Below, piece by piece: positions 37,372-45,308 of a stretch of DNA of 45,624 bases. Under the pieces are notes generated by a model. That model saw only the letters and a program-made list of their open reading frames with translations, was not told the DNA's origin and searched no databases. Every line of letters starts with the position of its first letter. Position 1 is the first letter of the stretch. The translations under genes were made by a program, and so were the position numbers. The DNA is from a virus. The stretch lies in the UHGV virus genome UHGV-0133287. The stretch is one strand, 5' to 3'.

Positions 37372-37554
37372 TTGGCCGTCGCGACACAACAAGGGGAATT
37401 TGTTATGTCCGAGCAACAATATACACGGTTACTGAAAACTCGTCTAACCGACCTCAAACGGCTGCAAGCTGGTCGCTTATTTGCCCTGCTATCCACCAGG
37501 CCAGAATGGGTACGTGAAGCAGTTCTGAAAGGCTTAATGCGCTCCAGCGTTTAA
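37372..37554 (+). CDS. hypothetical small protein
   Basis: 60-aa ORF; internal start with AAGGGG RBS; ends at the 37563-37586 hairpin. Confidence 0.25.
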   Translation: MAVATQQGEFVMSEQQYTRLLKTRLTDLKRLQAGRLFALLSTRPEWVREAVLKGLMRSSV

Positions 37555-37562
37555 ATTCAGCC

Positions 37563-37586
37563 ATAAAAAAGGCCCCCGAAGGGGCC
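37563..37586 (-). terminator. intrinsic terminator (minus-strand; convergent transcription stop)
   Basis: GGCCCC-CGAA-GGGGCC hairpin preceded on the plus strand by an A run, giving a U run on the minus strand. Confidence 0.45.
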
Positions 37587-38456
37587 TAATCGCTACTTGC
37601 TGCTAATGTTTATCGTCACATTCAGAGCGTTATCAGTAATCTTCCAACCCTCCCCATGTGGCGTAAACAAAGCTCCAGTAACAACGATAAAAATACACAT
37701 ACAGTATTTTTTCATTGTGTGGCCCTTACAGGCCGTTTCACGGCATCTCCACCGACGAAAATGACGCGAGAGCAAGCACTCCGCTTGTGCTTGCGTGTAC
37801 GGCAAGTGGATGATCCTTTCCTTAAAGTCGGTGCCCGGGTGCGAATCGGCGAAAAGGCCCCAAGCCATATTACACGTCCTCGCCTTCATAATGAAGGAAT
37901 AACAATTGCTTTTATTACATGTAATTACATCCGAAGAAGTTAAAAAACTTCATTCTGCATGAACTAAGGAACTAAATTTCTTTATATGAATAGTGGACTA
38001 TTCACCTCAGTTGAGTAAGAATAGATACGCCGCTTGTGCTTGCGTGGTTGTTTACACAACGACGTTATGCTGAAAGGACCGCGAATCCGATCAGCACGAA
38101 AGAACCGTCCTCAATAGGGCGGTTTTTTTGTTTCTGCCTACCAATAAACCCACGCTATGTGGTTGTCTCTGTTAAAATCCCGCCGTATTGACATGAATGC
38201 GCCATTGGTGGACACTTTCCGAGCCGTAGCAAAATCTACGGTCGGGATTGGCGTCCCGATTGCACAATGGCGCATACCGCGTTAGCGGTTTTTTTATGCG
38301 TAAAGCACTGCTACACCCGAATTATGGTGGGGCGTGCGGGGGCGGAGAAATCCGCGCCGGTTTGTCATTGTGCCGGTTACGCCAACCCTGTACGTCTCAC
38401 CACCATATTGATTGGCGTCATTGGTGGTGATAGTTCCTTTAATCGGAGATATCACA

Positions 38457-38648
38457 ATGACAAACCTACCCCATGACTATTACGTCAACCTCGTAAAGAT
38501 CCTTCTCAAGAAAGCCTCATATGCCGATAAATTCCGCCTGGCTGAAATCATCGAGCGCGAAGCTATGCGCATCGCCAGCAACGATAACGCTGTTTCTGAC
38601 GCAAAAATCTCCCTCGTAACCAAAGTAGTTATGGGAGGTGCAAAATGA
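38457..38648 (+). CDS. small ORF translationally coupled to antirepressor (icd-like position)
   Basis: 63-aa ORF (ATG 38457, GGAG RBS) whose stop overlaps the start of the next gene (ATGA); the ORF track shows a longer version starting 38412. Confidence 0.35.
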   Translation: MTNLPHDYYVNLVKILLKKASYADKFRLAEIIEREAMRIASNDNAVSDAKISLVTKVVMGGAK

Positions 38649-39787
38649 AAACGCTTCCGACCGTTAACACCCTACAGCCTATCCTGCATAACCAGATCCC
38701 CGTTATCACTAGTGAACTTCTGGCGCAGTTATACGGAACAAAAATCAAAAACATTTCTGATAACTTTCTGAACAACACGACGCGATTCGTAGCCGGAAAG
38801 CATTACTTTAAAATTGAAAAAAACGAATTACGCGAGTTCAAGAACAGACCCGAAACAATCGGGTTAGTTGGTAAAAATGCCCGCTCCCTAATTCTCTGGA
38901 CCGAACGCGGGGCTGCACGTCACGCTAAAATGCTCGAAACCGATCAGGCGTGGGATGTATTCGAACGGCTGGAAGACTGCTATTTCAGCCAGAACGCGCA
39001 AACGGCCGCGACCGTAACCGTCTCGCCAAACAATGCTCGTGAGGTTGTCGATACGCTCAACGCCAAACCGATGTTTTACATTAAGGTGTGCAATAACGAG
39101 CCACTCACAACCTCAGCCGATGTTGCCCAGGCATTCAGCACCACAAACAATTCCATCGTTATGGCCATCGATGCGTTACGCATTCCTCGCACAGCTGCGG
39201 CGCGTCATTTCTTTAAAGAGCAACGACCGTTGGAAGGAAGCGACCGCGAAATAACAATCTATCGCATGACAAAAGACGGATTTACCTTGCTCATGGAGAG
39301 CATCGACGGTCCCGGCGTGAAAGATATCAAGCTGGCCTACATTGAAGCCTTTAACGCTATCAGCAGCGTGTTAAAAACACAGTACGAGCGCGATCTGGCT
39401 AAACGACTGTACCAGGAAAAAACGATTATCCGCGCGGCAACAGAGCATAATCGGCTATTAACGGAACCGAACTACAGGAAGGAACTAATCAAGGAGTTTG
39501 ACAAGGCAACAGGGAAAACCAAAGCGGCGCTAAATCTGCCAGCAATGACTCAGGAAAATGTGATATCAGCCTTACTTCTTGATCTACTCAGAAACGCCAG
39601 AGCACTTATCAGCTTTGACGAAAACCTGAATCCTCAACTCAAGCTACTACCACCGACAGGCAAAGTAGTCGACCAGGCTGATCACAACAGCATACTCAGC
39701 GTACTGGATGCAAACCTGCCAACCAGGACACTACAGGATCTGATAAAAACATGTGCTGATAAGCTGGCACAGAAAAGCAGACCATAA
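38645..39787 (+). CDS. putative antirepressor / phage regulatory protein
   Basis: 380-aa ORF whose N-terminal ~110 aa (ITSELLAQLYG...GAARHAKMLETDQAWDVFERLEDCYF) resembles anti-repressor N-domains; preceded by an about 700-bp structured leader. Confidence 0.45.
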   Translation: MKTLPTVNTLQPILHNQIPVITSELLAQLYGTKIKNISDNFLNNTTRFVAGKHYFKIEKNELREFKNRPETIGLVGKNARSLILWTERGAARHAKMLETDQAWDVFERLEDCYFSQNAQTAATVTVSPNNAREVVDTLNAKPMFYIKVCNNEPLTTSADVAQAFSTTNNSIVMAIDALRIPRTAAARHFFKEQRPLEGSDREITIYRMTKDGFTLLMESIDGPGVKDIKLAYIEAFNAISSVLKTQYERDLAKRLYQEKTIIRAATEHNRLLTEPNYRKELIKEFDKATGKTKAALNLPAMTQENVISALLLDLLRNARALISFDENLNPQLKLLPPTGKVVDQADHNSILSVLDANLPTRTLQDLIKTCADKLAQKSRP

Positions 39788-39791
39788 CTAC

Positions 39792-39822
39792 AAGGGGCTA
39801 CGGCCCCTTACTCTTTTCTCTC
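39792..39822 (+). terminator. terminator after antirepressor gene
   Basis: AAGGGGC-TACG-GCCCCTT hairpin followed by a CT-rich run. Confidence 0.4.
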
Positions 39823-40523
39823 TTATCAACGCCAGAGACTTTCTGAAAATCCTTTCGAATAGCGTCAGCATCACGCGCCAAGCCCATACTGGAATGCGTC
39901 GCCATATGACGAAAATGATCAACTGCCGGAAACAAAGAAATAATGGACCCAATAGCTTGCAGCAAACTCGCTTTTCTACGCATCATAATTCCACCATAAC
40001 CGATAACCACCCTTCAGACACAACCCCCCCTCCCCCCATACAGGGTGCCCTTTACCGGAGTTCCGGCCCCTTCTCAAAAGCATCAAAAAAAGCTCGAGAT
40101 CGAGTACCGGAACTCATGCCACCAGATAGCTCCACATCGTTTCCAATGCTTCGCCGCCGTGTGCGCCCTGTGGCCCACAATCATGCCATTGGTCGTCTGA
40201 TATACCTTCTTCTGCTCATAGAGCACAGGCGAGTTGTCGCACTCCTGCCTTTCTCAGACTCGACTTAGTTTAGATCGCTGTTCCTGGCTTGCGTCAGCAC
40301 ACTTTCCCCTTGTACGCATACCCGCGCGCCACTTCGCCCAAAAACACCGAACCCAACGAAGTGGCAAAGACAACGACGCGAGCGTGAGTCTGAAATGGGC
40401 ACCAGTAAAAAAGGGGTTGCAGGCGCAAAAAGATTTGATTATCTTTAGACGCAAGAAAGCCGCCCCAATCAAGAGGTGTCTTTTTAAATCCAGCCTACCA
40501 AGCAAGATTTAAATTTCAGACTG

Positions 40524-40556
40524 AAAACCGCCCGGCAAGGCGGTTTTTGTCTTTCT
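40524..40556 (+). terminator. intrinsic terminator (possibly bidirectional)
   Basis: AACCGCC-CGGCAA-GGCGGTT hairpin followed by TTTTTGTCTTTC; lies 40 bp downstream of the minus-strand HTH gene stop. Confidence 0.5.
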
Positions 40557-40596
40557 GGCGCTTACATTACACCACCATAAAACGATCCGTAAAGGA

Positions 40597-40869
40597 TCAT
40601 TTGATCCCTTGTTCCAATTCTGACGACACTTTAACCTTTTCCCATACAAGGGTTTGCAGCCTTAACAGAATCGCATCTTTATCAAGGTGTGAAAGATCCT
40701 TAACCATATCGTCAAACGACAGAACGCGAATGGCCATCTCAATGACCCTCGGCGGCTCCCCCTTCTCATATCGCTTATATGTAGCCAACGATATCCCAAA
40801 TTCTTCGGCGGCTCGCTCCTGCGTCCAGTTCATCCCACGACGCCATAATTTCAATTCATAACCCGTCAT
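40597..40869 (-). CDS. HTH-XRE family transcriptional regulator
   Basis: ORF track gives 40597-40902; the internal Met with an AGGAGG RBS is the likelier start. HTH motif TQERAAEEFGISLATYKRYEKG. Confidence 0.5.
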   Translation of the reverse strand: MTGYELKLWRRGMNWTQERAAEEFGISLATYKRYEKGEPPRVIEMAIRVLSFDDMVKDLSHLDKDAILLRLQTLVWEKVKVSSELEQGIK

Positions 40870-40897
40870 AGCATCCTCCTCGCACAATATTAACACT

Positions 40898-40924
40898 CGC
40901 AAAGTGTCAAAATGACACTTTGCG
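40898..40924. promoter_or_regulatory. perfect 12-bp inverted repeat (candidate operator)
   Basis: cgcaaagtgtca-aaa-tgacactttgcg immediately upstream of the HTH regulator RBS. Confidence 0.4.
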
Positions 40925-40932
40925 CATTGTGT

Positions 40933-41313
40933 TTACTTAACGAGGAATAAAAATGGTTTATTGTTCGGCGGTGTAATCGGGGCTGGCTCGCTTTTGCTCA
41001 TGCGGTCAGTGTACCAGGCCAGCTCCTTGTCAAAGTAAGCCTGATTAAAATAGGCCATGAATGTGGTTTCAAATCCATAACGACCGCTAATACGCAGCAT
41101 CTGATTGCCGTTCTCTGTTTCCAGATATACCTGGGCACGCTCCTGATTCTCCTTCAGCCAGGTTAAAGCCTCATCGCACGAGGACACACGATACTCATCA
41201 TCGTAGCCATCATCGATGCGGCTTGAAGAAGAACGGCAAATCACGCCAACAGAACCAGCCAGGATAGTTTGAATTTTAAGGAAAGCGTTTTTGCGGATTT
41301 TAATCATGCTCAT
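40933..41313 (-). CDS. hypothetical protein, first gene after leader copy C
   Basis: 126-aa ORF following GGAGATAACCCG-ATG. Confidence 0.35.
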   Translation of the reverse strand: MSMIKIRKNAFLKIQTILAGSVGVICRSSSSRIDDGYDDEYRVSSCDEALTWLKENQERAQVYLETENGNQMLRISGRYGFETTFMAYFNQAYFDKELAWYTDRMSKSEPAPITPPNNKPFLFLVK

Positions 41314-41430
41314 CGGGTTATCTCCGGTTTAACCAGGGCGGGTATCGCTCGGTTTCGGGTATAACCATAGGAAATTTTTTCCCACCTGTAAAGCACTTTT
41401 TATATAAATCTATAATTATATAATTCTATG
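41314..41430 (-). promoter_or_regulatory. conserved promoter/leader cassette, copy C
   Basis: Near-identical to copies A and B, including the identical RBS/start context of copy A. Confidence 0.5.
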
Positions 41431-41432
41431 AG

Positions 41433-41461
41433 CACAAAAAAGCCCCTTTGCAACAGGGGCT
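41433..41461 (-). terminator. intrinsic terminator after toxin-antitoxin operon
   Basis: AGCCCCT-GTTGCAA-AGGGGCT hairpin followed on the minus strand by TTTTTTG. Confidence 0.45.
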
Positions 41462-41476
41462 TATCATTCGTTCTGA

Positions 41477-41776
41477 TCAGATGTTAAACGCTATTCTTTT
41501 TCCTGTGGGAAGCTCAACATCCAGGCTTAATTTGCCTCCCATAGCTTCAACGTAACGCTTTAATGTCGCCAGCTTTAAATCATTTCCGCGCTGCTCCAAC
41601 TTTGTTACTGCTGGCTGACTAATACCCATCGCCTCAGCAACCTGTTTTTGTGATAACTGGAGTTCTTCACGCATCATCTGCAAGCCGACCTCAAGAATCA
41701 TCTCATCTGCCATTTCTTTAATTCGCGCCTGGCTTTCCGGTGAACGGCTGGCAATCACCTCATCTAATGTTCTCAT
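41477..41776 (-). CDS. HTH-type antitoxin (HigA/XRE-like)
   Basis: 99-aa ORF with HTH LSQKQVAEAMGISQPAVTKLEQ; start overlaps the upstream toxin-like gene stop. Confidence 0.55.
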   Translation of the reverse strand: MRTLDEVIASRSPESQARIKEMADEMILEVGLQMMREELQLSQKQVAEAMGISQPAVTKLEQRGNDLKLATLKRYVEAMGGKLSLDVELPTGKRIAFNI

Positions 41777-42129
41777 TACTTGCTCTCCAGTGTGTTCAGA
41801 TGTGCTGCAAACTCATCCTCAGCTATACGCACCAGTTTTTTATAAAACCGCTTATCGTTACTTTTGTCTCCTGCACAAAGAACGATAGCCCGGCGAATCG
41901 GATCGAACGCATAAAAGGCTCTTATAGGACGGCCAGAAAACTGAACGCGAAGCTCTTTCATATTTTTGTACCGAGAACCTTTTACGGTATCGGCATATGG
42001 CCTGGGTAACTCAGGCCCGTAAACCTGTAGATTTTTCAAATCAGCCAAAACCTTTTCCTGAAGAGCGTCTTCTTGCTCATTTAGCCAGTCGTCAAATCGC
42101 TGGCTAAAAAGTACCGTCCACATGATCAA
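41776..42129 (-). CDS. RelE/ParE-superfamily toxin (Gp49/HigB-like)
   Basis: 117-aa ORF upstream of and overlapping the HTH gene, the toxin-first order of HigB-HigA-type modules; sequence pattern resembles Gp49-like killer proteins. Confidence 0.5.
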   Translation of the reverse strand: MIMWTVLFSQRFDDWLNEQEDALQEKVLADLKNLQVYGPELPRPYADTVKGSRYKNMKELRVQFSGRPIRAFYAFDPIRRAIVLCAGDKSNDKRFYKKLVRIAEDEFAAHLNTLESK

Positions 42130-42367
42130 TCCTATAACCTGTAGTTTATATCACTAACTATATAACCCGTAGGTTATAATTTCAAGAAAAACGAGGCTAT
42201 TTAACATAATGGACGTTATCAGCACCACCGGATCACCGTTCATTGTCGGATCTAAAAAATCCGCTCAAAAGATCATGTTTTCCTGGGCGTTTTCCACCGT
42301 TTTTTATGTTGCTTATTTGTTAATGAAATCTCGTTTTCAGTTTCGCCTCATTTTCGACGCGAAAGCC

Positions 42368-42658
42368 CTATTTTTGTGACTTTACTCCTGGCATATGGAC
42401 TTCCCAGCGACGAATCCCCATAGCTGCGCAAAAATCAGCCACATAATTCAATCCCGCCCATTCGCGGATACCACCACGGGCTTTTTCAATGAAAACGGCA
42501 ATCCCTTTTTTATTGAGAGCAAAAAGCCGCCAGCTTTTTGTCACTTCGTCCTGGGTAGCCACAACACAAGTGAAAGCTCCCATGCGATACAGGTCCAAGA
42601 ACTCTTTGCGTGTTTTGCGTACAAGTTCCATAACAAACCTCATATTTGCATGTTTCAA
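42368..42658 (-). CDS. hypothetical protein
   Basis: 96-aa ORF between the TA module and the replicon. Confidence 0.3.
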   Translation of the reverse strand: MKHANMRFVMELVRKTRKEFLDLYRMGAFTCVVATQDEVTKSWRLFALNKKGIAVFIEKARGGIREWAGLNYVADFCAAMGIRRWEVHMPGVKSQK

Positions 42659-42954
42659 ACATCTGTTTTGTTATCAATGAAGATTAACCCTAACCCAGCG
42701 AAGTAACACAGCAGCGCCCAGGCTGCATACGGAATGCTGGATCTGGATGTGGACTCCTTTAACATCTGCCAGTTGCGAACATTGCGACTATCTTTTAAGC
42801 CTAGTTTTTTGGCTAACTGCGAGCCGCTCATTCCGGTCAGGCCAATGACTGCCCGAACTTCTCCACATGTAGGAGATTCCCATTCATCCGCTTTTTTTAA
42901 ACAAGCCGGATTCAACATTTTTAAAACAGTATCTTTATCCATAACCATCTCCAT
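42655..42954 (-). CDS. hypothetical protein with C-terminal hydrophobic segment
   Basis: 99-aa ORF; possible HTH (GMSGSQLAKKLGL) and a C-terminal TM-like stretch. Confidence 0.3.
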   Translation of the reverse strand: MEMVMDKDTVLKMLNPACLKKADEWESPTCGEVRAVIGLTGMSGSQLAKKLGLKDSRNVRNWQMLKESTSRSSIPYAAWALLCYFAGLGLIFIDNKTDV

Positions 42955-43435
42955 TTATTATATCTACGATGGTAGGAAATCTTTTCCTATGTGGCAATAG
43001 AAATTTACTACATTGCGTATAAGACAAGTTTTCTATGTCTAATAGGAAATGATGTTTCTTACGTTTTATCGCGTTCTGATGGCTACTGTGTGCGTATTTA
43101 TCGACGTTTATTGATAAGGCTCGCCTCTTCCTCCTGCAAAGCCCGGCCGTAGGCCTTATTTCGGCCTTATATAAATTGATTTTGTATAGTTCGAAACGCG
43201 CCGTTTCGAAAAGGATGATCAGGCTGCTCCATGCCTCCGGCAAGTGCCGGAGGAGGTATATTTGAGCGTAGCGACTCGAACCGGCGCGAGCTTTAGCTCG
43301 CTGCAAGGGCGAACATATTCACAGGCAAAGCCTGCGTAAGTTAAATAAAGAAAGTCTTAATAAAAGAAAGTGATTTTGCATTTATTTGTTTAGTGCATCT
43401 ATTATAAAAAACCATTTGCATATACATATCAAAAC

Positions 43436-43444
43436 TGTGGATAA
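43436..43444 (-). promoter_or_regulatory. DnaA box in candidate replication origin
   Basis: TGTGGATAA, the reverse complement of consensus TTATCCACA, about 145 bp downstream of the repA stop within AT-rich sequence. Confidence 0.5.
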
Positions 43445-43585
43445 CTTTATTAGCCGATGCCTGTAAAGGCGATATTTTTGCTGTGTTCAGGTTTAGAGAA
43501 AATTAATTTAGATTGTTTTTTGAACAGATATTTTATTGCGACGTAGATAATCCTCCGGTAAAACCGGATTCATCATTCAGGTGGG

Positions 43586-44563
43586 TTAATGTTGGAGTGA
43601 TTTCCAAGTCTTTCTTAACCTGTTATAACGCTGCTCAACGAGGGATCGTAAATATGCAAGGTCAGCTCCAGGATACATGCCATCAGCAAATTCCTGGCTA
43701 ACCTCTCTAGTGATTTGATGACGAAGTTCGGCCTCTCCCTTTTCCCGAACAAGACGCGCAGCTCTCTCCGCTGCTTTCTGTTTTGCCTTTATCTCTCTGG
43801 CCGTCTTCCTCTGACGCCATACATTCTCCATCTGCTCCTGAATAACAATACGCTTATAATCAGCCTCCGTTATCGCTTTTTTAAGCCGTTCGCTATTCTT
43901 CGCATTGAAGTAATTAAGTTTCTGGCTAACCGCACGTCTCCATGCTTGTTCAGTAATACCAACGGTTTCCAGCAGTTGATCACGAATCTCTATTTTCGCT
44001 GGCCAATACTGTTTATTCACCCGATCCCAGCGACGTTCATAATCAATAAAACCTAACGCTTTCAGTTGCGACAACGCCCTTGTACAGCGCGTTATAGACT
44101 TGTTCCCAGCTTCGGATACGGTAGACAGACCGCAAAAATCAGCCAACGCCTCAGCACTGGCCAGAACCCGCTTAGAAATGATGTTTACATGGTGCAAAAT
44201 CGCAGCAATCACAGCATTAATCGCCCGACGACGATGCTCGTTTATCCGGCGTTTCCGCTCTGACGGTTGATTAACGTAGAACGCAACCTCACACGTAAGA
44301 TCACGACCATTAATGCGCTGTAAAGCATCAGATAACACCAGCGGCAGCTTGTGCGTATGGTGCTTTGGAGGCTGGAACTCCGGCGACAAATTACAAACGT
44401 AAGCTGAACGTAGAGACGGCATTGGTCTATCCATATGTTCGCTCTTGCGTCCACGGAAAACCAACGTATAATGGGAGTTGTCGAGGCGCCCATGGTTAAT
44501 TGTTGGTTTTCCGTGGATGTCGCAAGAAGCCCGCAGATTTATCTGCGGGCTTTTTGTTTCCAT
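43586..44563 (-). CDS. repA: replication initiator RepA (IncFII RepA1-like)
   Basis: The central region (GLSTVSEAGNKSITRCTRALSQLKALGFIDYE) resembles IncFII RepA1 (...SITRATRALTFLSELGLITYQTEYD...) as I recall it. The true start may be the internal ATG at 44434 (MDRPMPSL, about 283 aa), because the first 43 codons overlap a putative antisense RNA and hairpin. Confidence 0.75.
   Translation of the reverse strand: METKSPQINLRASCDIHGKPTINHGRLDNSHYTLVFRGRKSEHMDRPMPSLRSAYVCNLSPEFQPPKHHTHKLPLVLSDALQRINGRDLTCEVAFYVNQPSERKRRINEHRRRAINAVIAAILHHVNIISKRVLASAEALADFCGLSTVSEAGNKSITRCTRALSQLKALGFIDYERRWDRVNKQYWPAKIEIRDQLLETVGITEQAWRRAVSQKLNYFNAKNSERLKKAITEADYKRIVIQEQMENVWRQRKTAREIKAKQKAAERAARLVREKGEAELRHQITREVSQEFADGMYPGADLAYLRSLVEQRYNRLRKTWKSLQH
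44479..44560 (+). ncRNA. candidate CopA-like antisense RNA to the repA leader
   Basis: Plus-strand promoter -35 TTGCGT (44445-44450), 16-bp spacer, -10 TATAAT (44467-44472), then about 80 nt ending in a perfect 12-bp hairpin AAGCCCGCAGAT-TT-ATCTGCGGGCTT plus TTTGTTT (44527-44560), antisense to the repA 5' region. Confidence 0.5.
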
Positions 44564-44598
44564 ATCTGGTCGCTTTCCAACCAGACACCCACAATCAT

Positions 44599-44615
44599 AA
44601 CCACGTTACGTGGTT
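44599..44615. promoter_or_regulatory. 17-bp palindrome upstream of repA
   Basis: AACCACGT-T-ACGTGGTT perfect inverted repeat in the repA promoter-proximal region. Confidence 0.3.
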
Positions 44616-44744
44616 TTAAGAGAACTCTACCACAACACTTTCGGTCATGCACGAAGTCTCTCACTGATCGAACGATAATCCACCAGTAAAAGGATCTAAA
44701 TTGGATCTCGTTTTGCGAGCATCATACTACTGGCCTAACTCCAG

Positions 44745-45299
44745 TCAATGATTCCCAGCCGGAAACCTGCGGTAAAGCGTGGATAAGGTAACATCGAAGA
44801 TAATCGCTATCCGCTTACGTGAAACACCATTCGCAATAAGCCTTCCGATCTGTTCCCATTGCTCTGGTGCCAGCTTTGAGCGGCGTCCTCCTATCCTGCC
44901 GTTAGCCCTTGCCACCGCCAATCCTGCACGCGTTCTTTCAATCATATTTTCCCGCTCCATCTCTGCGACTGCACTCAGCATCGTGTAGGCAAAGCGGCCA
45001 ATTGAAGTGCTAATTTTTATCCCTTCCGTAATCGAAATAAACTCAATGTCGTTTGATAAAAAATGGTTAAGTAAATCAACAAGATGAATCAGAGAACGCC
45101 CCATTCGGTCCAGCTTCCAGACAATAACCGTATCGCCCGGTCGTAACACCTTCAGTAGCTTATCAAGTCCTGGTCGTTTTGATTTAGCACCGGATATTTT
45201 ATCTTCAAAAATCCGGTCACATCCTGAACTCCTGAGCGCCTCCAGTTGTAATTCCAAATTCTGGTCAAAAGTTGACACCCTCGCATAACCATATTGCAT
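44745..45299 (-). CDS. serine recombinase, DNA invertase (Gin/Hin/Cin/Pin family)
   Basis: 184-aa ORF opening MQYGYARVSTFDQNLELQLEAL..., with the conserved catalytic Ser region and a C-terminal HTH; strongly resembles Gin. Confidence 0.85.
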   Translation of the reverse strand: MQYGYARVSTFDQNLELQLEALRSSGCDRIFEDKISGAKSKRPGLDKLLKVLRPGDTVIVWKLDRMGRSLIHLVDLLNHFLSNDIEFISITEGIKISTSIGRFAYTMLSAVAEMERENMIERTRAGLAVARANGRIGGRRSKLAPEQWEQIGRLIANGVSRKRIAIIFDVTLSTLYRRFPAGNH

Positions 45300-45308
45300 A
45301 CTTTCTAA

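Noticed and set aside
39753-40512. Overlapping ORFs on both strands (39753-40268 +, 40234-40512 +, 40254-40505 -)
   Set aside because: Mutually overlapping, no RBSs, odd composition; the region is more plausibly non-coding (see finding).
25343-41430. The recurring AT-rich palindromic motif as a possible CRISPR array
   Set aside because: Copies are kilobases apart, in both orientations and beside gene starts; there is no regular repeat-spacer periodicity.
44435-44689. 84-aa plus-strand ORF over the repA 5' region
   Set aside because: It coincides with the candidate antisense RNA promoter, hairpin and terminator; a regulatory RNA is more plausible than a protein.
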